The translations under genes and the position numbers were made by a program. A DNA stretch of 64,000 bases. It comes from Bacteroidia bacterium (lineage in GTDB: Bacteria; Bacteroidota; Bacteroidia; M30B66). Below the pieces are notes generated by a model that worked only from the letters and a program-made list of their open reading frames with translations, was not told the origin of the DNA and did no database searches. The stretch's first letter is position 1. Each line of letters opens with the position of its first letter. Of this stretch, positions 50,045-60,437 are shown in pieces. The stretch lies in the NCBI GenBank assembly GCA_965279035.1, contig OZ257142.1, positions 224,001 through 288,000 on the forward strand, in the 5' to 3' direction.

Positions 50045-52329
50045 TTTGTTGCGTACTTAAATGTGGCTTGAAGTGTACCAATGATCACATCGAAATCGCC
50101 TTCCTCGGTAATCGGTTTCAAGTCGCGACCGATAAAACTTAGTTGCGATTCGTCTAACGTGAAACTGATGGTTTGAGAACTTTTGGGTGCAAGACTAATC
50201 TTTGTGAAATCTTTTAATTGTCGGACCGCCGGTGTTACCGATGCATATTGATCGCGGGTAAAAAGCAAAACCGGTTCTTTCACTTCTCGATCGCTGGCAT
50301 TCGTTACTTGAAGACTAACTGTGAGTTTTTCACCTGGATGAAGCGTGTTGGTTGAAAGCTTTAAATCGGAATAGCTTACTTGCGAATACGACAATCCATA
50401 TCCAAAAGGCCATTGGGGTTGAAAGGCTTTATTGCCATAATTCGCATCGAAGGTTTCGGTGTATTTATGGTCGTACCAGATGAGGCTGTGATTGAATTTT
50501 GGATACGTGAATGGTAAACGACCGCTTGGATTTATTTTACCCACCAAAATATCAGCAAGCGCATCTGCACCATAATCGCCCGGTTGATAAGCCATGACAA
50601 CGGCTGCACATCCTTCTACCAATTCCCGAACAATGCGCGGACGATTCTCTACCAAAACTAAGATTACTGGTTTTCCGGTTTGGAGGAGCGCTTTAACAAA
50701 CTGTTGTTGTGTGGCTGAAAGTTCCAAATCGTTGATGTCGCCGGGTTTTTCGGTAGATGGAATTTCACCCATGCAAGCCACAATGACATCGCAGGATTTA
50801 CTTTGCTCCAATACCGCTTGTAAGTTGATAAAACTATCAACAGAACAGCCTGCTGCATAACTTACATTTCCCGGAGCTGCAATTCGCAATGCTTCTACAA
50901 TCGTGTTTTTAGAACGATCATCAAATGTAGAATCGACTCCTTGCCATGTGCGCGTCCAAGCTCCATTGAGTAAGGTCATGGAATGCGCCGCTGGACCAGT
51001 AACCAGTATGCGTTTGGTTGGGTCGAGCGGTAGTGTTTGGTTACGATTTTCGAGCAGTGTGATCGATTCTGCTGCGATGTTTTTAGCTAAGATTTGATTC
51101 TGTGCTGAAGCGAAAAATGGAAAATCTTTGATCTTAGGCAGATTGGATTTACGCAAAATTCCCAACTTCTTCTTGATCGTTAGAATACGCTCAACCGATA
51201 CATTCAAGCGTGATTCGGGTATGCGGCCTTCTTTGACTAATTCGATTAGGTACTTGGAGAAATTAAAGTCGTTGGGCACCATACACATGTCGATACCAGC
51301 ATCAACCGCTAAATATGTAGCCTCTTTTAAGTTGGGAGCCACGCGGTGATTGAGTTGTAGCTTGATAATGTCTTCCCAATCGGTTACAGCAAGACCTTCA
51401 AAGCCTAATTCGTTGCGAAGCAAATTAGTTAGAATGAGTTTATTGGCATGAACCGGAATTCCGTTAATCTCGCCACTATTAATCATCAATGTAAGCGCAC
51501 CACTTTCGATGGCTTTTTTGAACGATGGCAGATAAATTTCGCGAAGCTGGATGTCGGAGATATAGGCTGGCGTGCGGTCTTTACCAGTTCGCATTCCTCC
51601 GTAACCCAGAAAATGCTTCATACACGCAGCCACGTGTGTTTGGTCAATGGGCAGATTGCTTTTCGTTCCTTGATAACCAACAATTGCCGCTTCACCAAAA
51701 CGAGAACACATCAAGGCATCTTCGCCATAGGTTTCGAAAAAGCGCGACCAGAGTGGATTTCGGGCACAATCGAGTACGGGAGAAAAGTTCCATGGAATTC
51801 CTGCAGCGCGTGTTTCGTATGCTGTGATTTCGGCTGCGCGACGAGTCATTTCTGGATTGAACGTAGCTGCCTGCGCCAATTGCTGTGGAAATAAAGTTGA
51901 ATTACTCACATAGTTTGCCCCGTGAATCGCATCAATTCCATATAAAACGGGAATTTTCAAACGTGTTTCTTTTTCGGCAACCTGCTGAATTCCTCCTATG
52001 AGTTGCAACCATTGTTCGCGCGGATACGCATGTCCGCCACAGTTGAGAATGGAACCCACATGCCAGTTTACCAAAGCATTACGAAGTTTCTCCGGATCGA
52101 GACGATGTGGCTCTTGCAATTTGTAAATCTCTCCCACGCACACCACATCCAAGTTAAGCTGCGTCATCTGACCTACTTTTTCCTCGATGGTCATTTGAGC
52201 AATCAGGGCATCAATTTCGGGATCGCTTCCTTGCGGATAATTGGGTCGAAAGGACGAACTCAACGTCAATCCAATCAACATCAAACTCAAATAGAAAAGC
52301 GGTCGGATAAACAAACGTTTCATCATCAA
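50041..52329 (-). CDS. GH3 beta-glucosidase (BglX-like)
   Basis: IDAIHG, WSRFFETYGED, ACMKHF, VTDW nucleophile, NPSGRLPFT and WPFGYGLSY, with an Fn3-like C-terminus. Confidence 0.95.
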   Translation of the reverse strand: MMMKRLFIRPLFYLSLMLIGLTLSSSFRPNYPQGSDPEIDALIAQMTIEEKVGQMTQLNLDVVCVGEIYKLQEPHRLDPEKLRNALVNWHVGSILNCGGHAYPREQWLQLIGGIQQVAEKETRLKIPVLYGIDAIHGANYVSNSTLFPQQLAQAATFNPEMTRRAAEITAYETRAAGIPWNFSPVLDCARNPLWSRFFETYGEDALMCSRFGEAAIVGYQGTKSNLPIDQTHVAACMKHFLGYGGMRTGKDRTPAYISDIQLREIYLPSFKKAIESGALTLMINSGEINGIPVHANKLILTNLLRNELGFEGLAVTDWEDIIKLQLNHRVAPNLKEATYLAVDAGIDMCMVPNDFNFSKYLIELVKEGRIPESRLNVSVERILTIKKKLGILRKSNLPKIKDFPFFASAQNQILAKNIAAESITLLENRNQTLPLDPTKRILVTGPAAHSMTLLNGAWTRTWQGVDSTFDDRSKNTIVEALRIAAPGNVSYAAGCSVDSFINLQAVLEQSKSCDVIVACMGEIPSTEKPGDINDLELSATQQQFVKALLQTGKPVILVLVENRPRIVRELVEGCAAVVMAYQPGDYGADALADILVGKINPSGRLPFTYPKFNHSLIWYDHKYTETFDANYGNKAFQPQWPFGYGLSYSQVSYSDLKLSTNTLHPGEKLTVSLQVTNASDREVKEPVLLFTRDQYASVTPAVRQLKDFTKISLAPKSSQTISFTLDESQLSFIGRDLKPITEEGDFDVIIGTLQATFKYATK

Positions 52330-52330
52330 A

Positions 52331-53548
52331 TTATGGCAATGTTATAAGCGTTCCCCATAAAGCGGGATTGGTGTTAAAACCTTCGCGAACAGTAGAATTC
52401 CAGCGACTTTGCGATGCGCGAGTTCCAGATTCGTTACTTAAATCAACGGCAAATTCAAGTTCATAGAGTAATCCCGAAATCCAAGGCTTTGCTCCTATCG
52501 ATTTCCAAGGGATTGCAGCCTCAAACGTATATCCGCCAGCAGTTTTTTGCATGTGTTGAACCACGTTGCTGACAGCTTTTCCAGTTGTCCAATCGAAAAC
52601 CTGATTTGTTCCTCCGATTTGAAACCCAATGTGGTGATCGCTTGGATAGTAAATAGCACGTTTGGGATTTACACCATTGGCCGATGAAAAAGCGAATTCC
52701 AAGGCATCACCATTCCAGATATTTTCGCCCGTTTGGTTATTAATACCCGGACTTGAATCGGTGATTTCGGCGGCGAGATACAAGTTGGTTTCATCCCAGT
52801 TTAAGCGGAAAGTTCCAACCGAAAGTTTGGCTTCTGTTGCAGGCCATTCGTTGGGTTCAATTTGTCCGTCAATTTTAGGTGCCGACAAAGATTTCACCGC
52901 AAACGTCTGACGCTCCGTTGATTTATAGGGAATAAAGCGAATATCATCCACCCAAACCTTACCACTCGATTCGAATTGTACGATAAGCTGCTTGATATTG
53001 GTCACATCTACATCATACCCTTCGAACGGAAAAGCCGAAAGCGGAATAATCACTTGCGTCCACTGCGAACCAATTGTTCCGCCTTTAATAAAGCCTGCTG
53101 TAACGCCCGTCCAAGCTTGAGCGCCGTTAAAATCTTCAAATCCAATCGCCCAAGGTAAACCGGTTGATTGACCTTTTTTCATCTTCACCCAAAACGAAAG
53201 TGCCGCCGATTGTTGAATGCTAGAGATATCTTTTCCAGTCCAATTGTCCCAGCCAATGCCCATTCCAAGCCAGGTAGATGGATCGGCTTGTTTGTTCCAA
53301 TCGATGCTGATGGCTCCGCTGCCGCTGTGTAATTCTTTTGCTTCCGATTTCACCTGAATGGCTTGTGGTGAAACGGTAAACCAGAGTTCAGAAGTTACTT
53401 GATCATTAAACACCGACAATGCAGTAAACCCATTGATATCAGATATTTGTGCATCGTCTGAAGGCATTTCAAACAGCGATGCCGTTTTCATCCGAACACA
53501 TCCTGATAATACCATCAAACTCAACAAACCCGAAAGCAGCGTTTTCAT
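52331..53548 (-). CDS. Lipoprotein with N-terminal CBM-like jelly-roll and C-terminal CBM9/DOMON-like sugar-binding domain
   Basis: LSGC lipobox; ALSFWVK...WTQVIIPLSAF...VWVDDIRF; then PKIDG..EW, WDETNLYLAAEITD, WNGDALE and YTFEAAIPW. Confidence 0.8.
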   Translation of the reverse strand: MKTLLSGLLSLMVLSGCVRMKTASLFEMPSDDAQISDINGFTALSVFNDQVTSELWFTVSPQAIQVKSEAKELHSGSGAISIDWNKQADPSTWLGMGIGWDNWTGKDISSIQQSAALSFWVKMKKGQSTGLPWAIGFEDFNGAQAWTGVTAGFIKGGTIGSQWTQVIIPLSAFPFEGYDVDVTNIKQLIVQFESSGKVWVDDIRFIPYKSTERQTFAVKSLSAPKIDGQIEPNEWPATEAKLSVGTFRLNWDETNLYLAAEITDSSPGINNQTGENIWNGDALEFAFSSANGVNPKRAIYYPSDHHIGFQIGGTNQVFDWTTGKAVSNVVQHMQKTAGGYTFEAAIPWKSIGAKPWISGLLYELEFAVDLSNESGTRASQSRWNSTVREGFNTNPALWGTLITLP

Positions 53549-53557
53549 TTCCTGAGA

Positions 53558-54559
53558 TTAGGGTACCAATGGAGCACCTTGAGTAAAAATAAGATAATCG
53601 AGACGTGTGTGGGCGTAGCCAGATGATGGGTTTTTCAAGAATAACACATTCACCTGAGTAAGTTTATTGGGTTCGTGAATTCCATTTCCGGCTGGTGTGG
53701 CAGGTGAACCATTTACCAAGGTAGCTAAATCACTATACTTAACCGAAAGCTGACTCCAGCCGTTTTCACTGAGTGTAACTTGGATTGAATACATGTCTTC
53801 GTTAGCTGAAGTAAATGTTCCATCGCCGTTATCATCCTCGGTAAATTGAAACAATAGAATTCCATTGCTCAAACTTTCCGACTTATAAAGCATCGAATTA
53901 AAATACACCTCATCGGGATTTGAAGAAAGCGGATACGTCGTCGCACCGTAAGCCGAAGCAGGTAAATACAAATAGCCTAAAAGCCAATCCCAATCTACTA
54001 CACCGCCCATGTCGAAGTATTTAGCTCCTTGTGCGGCACTATCGGATGTTTGAACAGCAAAGCTCATACTGGCGCCCGATTGAGCAAAACTTTGCCAGCC
54101 CGGATTTATGCCATCTTCAAAATCACTTAACAGAAAACCTTCATTTATGCGAGCAGATGCAACATGAAGCGTGTCGCGAAGTGTGTCTGTTTCGGTGTCG
54201 AAAGTGAGTTCAACAGCACAATCCTCTATGCGGAATAAGGGAAGCTTGGTAATGGTTCCGTTCCAAGTTGCATTAGTGGCATCGAGCAAATTGGAGAAAC
54301 CGGTAATCTCTTTCTTAGCACCCGATTCTAAACCGGTTATGTTCAACTTCCAAGCAATGTTCTTCGAGAAACTTGCTTTGAAGAAGGTTGTTTGTCCGGT
54401 ACCGAAATCCACATCATACACCGATGCCGACAACGATTCGACAATGGAGAATTTACCATACAAATCGTTGAGTGATGGTCCATCGAAGGCATCATCTGTC
54501 TTGCATCCTGAAAAAACCACCAGGCTTATGATAGCAGAAAAAAGAAGGCTGTATTTCAT
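53558..54559 (-). CDS. Lipoprotein with Ig-like N-domain and CBM-like C-domain (candidate surface glycan-binding protein)
   Basis: FSGC lipobox with KTDD acidic tail; LSDFEDG...GWSQLSVKYSDL...LDYLIF jelly-roll-like pattern. Confidence 0.7.
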   Translation of the reverse strand: MKYSLLFSAIISLVVFSGCKTDDAFDGPSLNDLYGKFSIVESLSASVYDVDFGTGQTTFFKASFSKNIAWKLNITGLESGAKKEITGFSNLLDATNATWNGTITKLPLFRIEDCAVELTFDTETDTLRDTLHVASARINEGFLLSDFEDGINPGWQSFAQSGASMSFAVQTSDSAAQGAKYFDMGGVVDWDWLLGYLYLPASAYGATTYPLSSNPDEVYFNSMLYKSESLSNGILLFQFTEDDNGDGTFTSANEDMYSIQVTLSENGWSQLSVKYSDLATLVNGSPATPAGNGIHEPNKLTQVNVLFLKNPSSGYAHTRLDYLIFTQGAPLVP

Positions 54560-54561
54560 GA

Positions 54562-56289
54562 TTAGAATTTCATTTGGAACAAGAGCATAAACTGCTTGAT
54601 CGAATAATCAGGTAATGAACTCAAGGCATTTTTCGATTGAAACTGATTGAGTTGAGCACTTAAAAAAGTCTTTTCACTAAAGCGATAACGTGCACCAATG
54701 GCTTGAAGCGTTTCGTTTCCATCTACTCGGTATTCAGAGAAATTGAAAATCTCCGAATAGGTGTTTCGAACTGCCGTGTAATCAAAACCTTTGTAGCTAA
54801 GTTGTTGAATGCCAAATAATAAATCGAACGATTTCAACACCTCGATTTCTAAACCAGCTGAAAGGCAATTTGTTTTCAAATCGACTGCTTTCACTAAATC
54901 TTCGCCAGCACGATTGGTTTTATCGTCGCGGTAATTAAGTGTTAGGTGGATTTGTTTCTTCCAACCTTTGAAAAACTCATTCAGCTTCGCATCGAGCGTA
55001 AACGTGTTCCGATTGAATTTGCGGGGAAGAAGTGTTCCTTCGCCACGTACTTCTTGCAGTTGGCTATGTGCAAACTCGGCAGTTACAGGAATCGATTTCT
55101 TTGCATATTTCAGCTTAATCGTCATTCCTTGACGGTTCGGAGTTGCGTCGCCATAAGGAGTGATGTTATCGTATCGCGGAGCGAAATCCATCAGGTATGG
55201 ATGCAATTGCAGGTTGTAAAACGATGATTCCCGCATCAGATCCAACATTGTTAACAGACGTAAATCTTGGTTACTCGTGATACGCTGATATGCCTGAGGC
55301 AATCCGTTGTAATCGATTCGTTTGGTTTGCGCACCTGGACTACGAAACGCCGACCCAACAAACTTGGTATTCACCGTAACATGAAGTCCGGTTTGATTTT
55401 GAGAGATGGTTGCACTTCCATCCATGAATTTATCCTTCCAATCGGGTGCAAATGTATCGTTCTTGAAACGCGTTTTCGAATTCCCGAATTCTGCATCCAG
55501 CTTCGCTTCCCAATTCTTTGTTTCGTAGCGTGCTTGAAGCGTTCCTGTATAAACCGGATTTTGAAAACCTGAAGCATTTTTTGACGTTCCCGGAACATCA
55601 TACAAATTCACATAATTGAAACCAGCCTCGAGGTATTTACTTTGAATCAATTGTAGGTTGATGCCCGAAAAAAGTCGATCAGGAGTTTGACCAAAGTCGC
55701 TCGCTTTAACGCGTGTGGTGACAGCATTTACCTGTAATTCCTGAACAAAGCGACTAAACTGCAAAGCAAATCCTAGCGATGCACCTTGTTGACGCCAGGA
55801 ATGATCTGAATTATAGAAGTGGTCGTAATTCACTAAATCGGTTTGTTGTTGAAAGGCGAGCGGAGCATTTGAAATTACTTCTTGATCGTAATTCCACAAG
55901 GTGTAACGCGTCATTCGGTAATTGAAATCGCCCAATTGATATTTCACAATTCCACCAATCACGCCTTTTACGTACATCTGACGTAAGTCGAAGGTCACGC
56001 CAGAACCCCAAAATCCACCGTAGTCGTTACGCAAACGAGCCATAGCGAGAATCTCGGTGTTTTTATTTGGGCGGATGTTGATGCCTAAATCGACCAACAC
56101 GTGACCACTGTTGAGTTTGGGAATGGTTACGGTATCAATCGCGCTGGTGTCTTGCGTGAGTTTATCGGCATAAAAAAGCGAACGTGCGGCTCCGGTAAAG
56201 GAGATCTTTTTGTCGTCTTGTGCCTGAGCGCTCCCAACTGAGCCAAGCAAAACGGCCAGAATCAAACGGGTGTAGAAAGTTCGCTTCAT
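54562..56289 (-). CDS. Uncharacterised outer-membrane beta-barrel-like protein B
   Basis: Signal peptide ending AQA, many amphipathic strands, C-terminal beta-signal QFMLLFQMKF; no TonB plug recognised. Confidence 0.7.
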   Translation of the reverse strand: MKRTFYTRLILAVLLGSVGSAQAQDDKKISFTGAARSLFYADKLTQDTSAIDTVTIPKLNSGHVLVDLGINIRPNKNTEILAMARLRNDYGGFWGSGVTFDLRQMYVKGVIGGIVKYQLGDFNYRMTRYTLWNYDQEVISNAPLAFQQQTDLVNYDHFYNSDHSWRQQGASLGFALQFSRFVQELQVNAVTTRVKASDFGQTPDRLFSGINLQLIQSKYLEAGFNYVNLYDVPGTSKNASGFQNPVYTGTLQARYETKNWEAKLDAEFGNSKTRFKNDTFAPDWKDKFMDGSATISQNQTGLHVTVNTKFVGSAFRSPGAQTKRIDYNGLPQAYQRITSNQDLRLLTMLDLMRESSFYNLQLHPYLMDFAPRYDNITPYGDATPNRQGMTIKLKYAKKSIPVTAEFAHSQLQEVRGEGTLLPRKFNRNTFTLDAKLNEFFKGWKKQIHLTLNYRDDKTNRAGEDLVKAVDLKTNCLSAGLEIEVLKSFDLLFGIQQLSYKGFDYTAVRNTYSEIFNFSEYRVDGNETLQAIGARYRFSEKTFLSAQLNQFQSKNALSSLPDYSIKQFMLLFQMKF

Positions 56290-58244
56290 TAGAAAAATGA
56301 CTTTAGTTCGACGGTCAATTCCCGTCCGTGAAAATGATCCTGCTCAAAACTTGCATCTTTGAACGTATACCAGCGATGGCGGAAATACAAGCGTGTATTG
56401 CGTCCTAAGTCGATGTCCATGCCGCAGCCAATTCCTTGTCCGGTTTGGTTTCGCGGACGAAGTGTTTCGTTGTTGATGTCGGTTAGGTAATTCCCTAAGG
56501 TACGTTCGTAACCGTAATAGGCATTGATGAGATAACCTGGACGGATGGCGTAATACAATTCCAATTCGGAAGTGTACTGGCGGATGTAAGCACGCTCATC
56601 GGTGATGGTGATAGGTGAAAACACACGAGAAGAGCTATTGGCTTGTAAAAGAGAGAAGATGTACAATTCGCGTCCAAAGACTTTCGAACGAAACTTAGTT
56701 TGCAACTCACTCATGTTGAAGTGCTTCTTGTAAACCACCGCACCCGAACTGTCGTCGTCGAGATTTACGGTTTCATATACATCGCGGTAGATGTCGGAAT
56801 AGCGTTGATACGGACCCACATTGGCAGGAAATCCCCAACGCCAGAAACGCGATCGAGTAATTTGATTTACCGGGTGATTATACGTTATGACAGAAGCCGA
56901 AGGTGTGAGTTCCGAAGCAAAACCAAATCCTCCGCTAAAACTGATTTTCTTGAATGATTTCTGCAGGTTGAGTGAAAGACCTTGACGATTGTTGGTCATT
57001 TGTCCAAGTCGTACCATCGAACTACTAAATGGTTGCAGCACGGCTGAACTTCCTACGCTTCCGGCAGGTAATGTATTTACTCGATATTCCTTCAAAGAAG
57101 TATTCCAGAACAAAGCAGAATTGTTGACCACGTTTGCACCAATTCGATAGTACTGAAGCTCGAATTGCGGAGCACGTTTTCCGGCAGGAGTGGACAATTT
57201 AAACTGCATCACTTCTCCCCAGCCGGCAGTATTGGTTGGACTGTAATATTTTCCTCCGCCTAGTTCACCTTTCAAGCCCCAACCTTTGTAATCCCAATTG
57301 AATTCGGCGGTTGCCATGTAGAATCCAAAATGATCGGTTGAGAGGCTATCGGTTGATGCGCGTGAATTGAGCGAGTTGATGCTGATGAAACGTTTGGCGG
57401 AGAAGTCTTTGCGAAGTTTTCCTCCGAATGAGAAGTTAGGAACAGGAGAAAATCCTCCGTTTAGCTCTGTCTTTCCGGCCATTAAGATGAAGGACGTTTT
57501 GCCGGGCATGTCTTTTCCCTGAAGCACGATTCCTTCGAAAGCTCGATTTCCCCAACGTGTGTCTTGGTCGATTGATCCTTGTTCAAAATATTGATCGTAC
57601 CGACCGCTCAGGCTTTTCCCAGTTGGATCCCAAGGATTTCGCTCGTACAACATAAATCGGTTGTATCCTTTAAATGATGCCATGGTGAGATCCGATAATG
57701 CTACCCATTGAATACCGCCCACATGCACCGATAAATCGCCCACACGTGTTTTGAAATTACCGTGCAGATTCATACCGAGATTCATTCCCAAGCTGGAACC
57801 TAAACGCGTTCCCAGCAGTGGACTTTGAATAGAAGGGCGAAGTGAATCGGGGATTTGTTTGCCGTAGCTCGTGCCGATATTTCCTTGCAAAAACTGAAAC
57901 ATCATTAAATCGAATCCCCAAGTGGTTTTGTCGGAGGTTTTTCCTGAAATATTCAGCAACAGATTGGGCAACTGACTATCGTCGCCAACGAAGATATTTC
58001 TCGGAAGCGCAGTGTCTTTGGTGATGGAATTGAGCACATACGGATCGAGTTGGCGCTGATACGTGGCGTAAAACCGATAATAACCCGAAACTTGAAGATT
58101 CTTCAATCCACCGGGATCTTTTTTAGGCATCATTCCCATTTCCGTCATCGGCCGACGAATGGTTGTGTCGAACTGTGCATACAGCGAAACCTGCATACAG
58201 AAAAGAAAAGCGACGATAGCCAAAACGTACGGGTGACGATTCAT
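56289..58244 (-). CDS. Uncharacterised outer-membrane beta-barrel-like protein A
   Basis: Signal peptide, amphipathic strands, C-terminal RELTVELKSFF. Stop overlaps the start of protein B. Confidence 0.7.
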   Translation of the reverse strand: MNRHPYVLAIVAFLFCMQVSLYAQFDTTIRRPMTEMGMMPKKDPGGLKNLQVSGYYRFYATYQRQLDPYVLNSITKDTALPRNIFVGDDSQLPNLLLNISGKTSDKTTWGFDLMMFQFLQGNIGTSYGKQIPDSLRPSIQSPLLGTRLGSSLGMNLGMNLHGNFKTRVGDLSVHVGGIQWVALSDLTMASFKGYNRFMLYERNPWDPTGKSLSGRYDQYFEQGSIDQDTRWGNRAFEGIVLQGKDMPGKTSFILMAGKTELNGGFSPVPNFSFGGKLRKDFSAKRFISINSLNSRASTDSLSTDHFGFYMATAEFNWDYKGWGLKGELGGGKYYSPTNTAGWGEVMQFKLSTPAGKRAPQFELQYYRIGANVVNNSALFWNTSLKEYRVNTLPAGSVGSSAVLQPFSSSMVRLGQMTNNRQGLSLNLQKSFKKISFSGGFGFASELTPSASVITYNHPVNQITRSRFWRWGFPANVGPYQRYSDIYRDVYETVNLDDDSSGAVVYKKHFNMSELQTKFRSKVFGRELYIFSLLQANSSSRVFSPITITDERAYIRQYTSELELYYAIRPGYLINAYYGYERTLGNYLTDINNETLRPRNQTGQGIGCGMDIDLGRNTRLYFRHRWYTFKDASFEQDHFHGRELTVELKSFF

Positions 58245-58270
58245 GCGGATGGTTATGAAGTAAAACTACA

Positions 58271-58295
58271 GCTTTTTGTTAAAAATACAATAAGC
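58271..58295. promoter_or_regulatory. Putative NrtR operator 2 (upstream of the barrel-lipoprotein-GH3-GH16 operon)
   Basis: GCTTTTTGT-TAAAAAT-ACAATAAGC palindrome with GT-N7-AC core, near-identical to the site at 60438-60468. Confidence 0.8.
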
Positions 58296-58310
58296 CTGAG
58301 AATTTCTAAC

Positions 58311-59639
58311 TTAAAGTGTCATGCGTTTGAACGAAACCGCTTTCGCCGGTTTTGCATCTGCATCGCTCGGAATCACATAAAAAGGAATATTGCTATATCC
58401 GTAATGTCCGTTTCCATCCGTCAATGTGAGAAACAAACGGTAAGAACCTTCTTTTTGTGGTGCTCGCAACTTGGCTGTATTTCCCTTTTTGCGAATCACC
58501 AAACCCGGTAATGCTTTCGGGGCACTTTCGGCATCACCACCCGAGCGTATATCGGTACTTTCGGGAATTATTTGCCATAGGAAACGAATGTCATCACCAT
58601 CGGGATCGGCAGCTTTTGCAAAGACATCGAAAGGTGTTTCTGCAGTAATTAAGATGTTATCGCCTTTGATGTGTTTATCCACAATCACCGAATCGAGCAT
58701 TGGTGCTTGGTTGAGAGGTTTTTTGCCTGTCCAGATTGTTTCCAATTTATCAAGCGCTTCGCAGGATTCTCCTTTTTCGGAAAAGAGTCCGTACCAGGTT
58801 GAGGTGGTTTCTTGTTTTTGTCCCCAGAGAAACACATAGGAGCCGATGCATTTTTCTGCATCTCCAGCAATGTAACTAGAGTAACGTTCCGCGTATGATT
58901 TCGCTTTCTCCGAACTACTTTGCTCCACTGGTGCGCCCCATTTGGTTTTGCTAACTTCCCAATGTCCGTTCGGTCCCCACTCCGAAATGATATATGGCCC
59001 CTTCCATCCGGCAGCCCGAATTCCCGCTTTTACGTTTCCTAAATCTCCATAGGTATTAATACCATATATATCTATAGCAGGAGCTTTTTCATTAATCAAT
59101 CGCACTTCTTCTTTATCTAAACCAGCAGTAACAGTACAAGTAGGATGATTGGGATCAACTTGATGAATCATTTGGGCTATTTGGTTGATGGCGTCCCAAA
59201 CTTTGGTGTTTTTGTAGTCGAGATCGACTTCGTTACCAACGCCCCAAAGCAAAAGTGCCGGATGATCTTTGAGTTCTGTGACTACTTTCCGAAAACCTTC
59301 GAGCTGAGCGGCAATTTTCTCCTGATCGTTGTAGTCGAATCCATGTCGTTCGTGTTGCACCCAAAGTCCCATCATAACGGTAATTCCTTTCGCTTGAGCT
59401 GCATCGAGAATTTCCTTGGCATTATCAGTACTCCAAGTTCGGATGGAATTTCCTCCCATCGACACCAGTTTATCTAAATGTGTATCACCACCAGCACCTC
59501 GAATATAATAGGGCATTCCACCTCGCATCAATTGCCAAGTTCCCGATGTTGATTGCGTGATTTCAACTTTAACAACCTGAGCTTGCGTGCAGCAAGCAAG
59601 CAATAAAAAGATGACGAATGGGAAGTAGCGATTGCGCAT
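58311..59639 (-). CDS. Clan GH-A TIM-barrel glycoside hydrolase (GH158/GH2-like, probable endo-beta-1,3-glucanase)
   Basis: GGNSIRTW, WGVGNE (acid/base), ISEWGPNG (nucleophile), GSYVFLWG and a C-terminal Ig-like domain. Confidence 0.82.
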   Translation of the reverse strand: MRNRYFPFVIFLLLACCTQAQVVKVEITQSTSGTWQLMRGGMPYYIRGAGGDTHLDKLVSMGGNSIRTWSTDNAKEILDAAQAKGITVMMGLWVQHERHGFDYNDQEKIAAQLEGFRKVVTELKDHPALLLWGVGNEVDLDYKNTKVWDAINQIAQMIHQVDPNHPTCTVTAGLDKEEVRLINEKAPAIDIYGINTYGDLGNVKAGIRAAGWKGPYIISEWGPNGHWEVSKTKWGAPVEQSSSEKAKSYAERYSSYIAGDAEKCIGSYVFLWGQKQETTSTWYGLFSEKGESCEALDKLETIWTGKKPLNQAPMLDSVIVDKHIKGDNILITAETPFDVFAKAADPDGDDIRFLWQIIPESTDIRSGGDAESAPKALPGLVIRKKGNTAKLRAPQKEGSYRLFLTLTDGNGHYGYSNIPFYVIPSDADAKPAKAVSFKRMTL

Positions 59640-59647
59640 AGGTTTAT

Positions 59648-60379
59648 TTAAAAGTCGAATGAGAATCCGTTCGCCAGCATTTCCTGAAATTTATTTTCAT
59701 CAATCGAATACAAGAGTGATGGGCGATGGGATACATTTATTTGAGATTCGTCGAGTTTTTTGAGAAACTTAATGTTGACTAATTTTTTCCGAAAGTTGCC
59801 TTTGTCGAACTCCTTATCGAGCACCGTTTCGAACATTTCCTGAAAGGCAGTAAGTGTGAATTTCCTCGGCAGAACATTGCTCCAAATGTTTTCGTGTAGA
59901 ATTCGACTTTTCAGTTCGGTTAACGAAGCATCTAAAATTTCTTGGTGATCAAAAGCCAACTGAGGTACATTTTTAACAGAATGCCAGCTGGTTTGTTTAG
60001 CCCAAGAAGATGCGTGAGGTTTTAAATCGGATGGCTCTACCAAGGCGAGATAGGCCACTGTAATAACACGACCAAGTGGATGACGATCAACTTTTCCAAA
60101 GGTTTTCACCTGGCGGATAGGAATTCCGATAAGCGATGTTAAATCTTTCAACACGCGCGTTGCAGCCGAATCGAGGTCTTCATTTGGGTATACCAAATCG
60201 CCCGGTAATGCCCAATAATTTTCAAAAGGATCGGTTCCTCGCTGAATGAGGAGGATTTTTAATTCCCGATCATGATAACCAAAAATGACACAGTCGACCG
60301 AAAAAGCCGATTTAAAAAACTCATCAATTGGTATTGAATACAGATCGTCTTGCTGTAATCGGGGAGGATAAGATTTCAT
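59648..60379 (-). CDS. NrtR-family (Nudix + winged helix) transcriptional regulator
   Basis: SVDCVIFG...WALPG...E.L.SAA.R, RHPLGRVITVAY, LAFDH, LPRKFTL and DKGNFRKK motifs. Confidence 0.92.
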   Translation of the reverse strand: MKSYPPRLQQDDLYSIPIDEFFKSAFSVDCVIFGYHDRELKILLIQRGTDPFENYWALPGDLVYPNEDLDSAATRVLKDLTSLIGIPIRQVKTFGKVDRHPLGRVITVAYLALVEPSDLKPHASSWAKQTSWHSVKNVPQLAFDHQEILDASLTELKSRILHENIWSNVLPRKFTLTAFQEMFETVLDKEFDKGNFRKKLVNIKFLKKLDESQINVSHRPSLLYSIDENKFQEMLANGFSFDF

Positions 60380-60437
60380 TTTAATTTAAAATGGTGTAGC
60401 ATTCAAATCTAACCAGATTGTGTTTTCAAAACTAATA

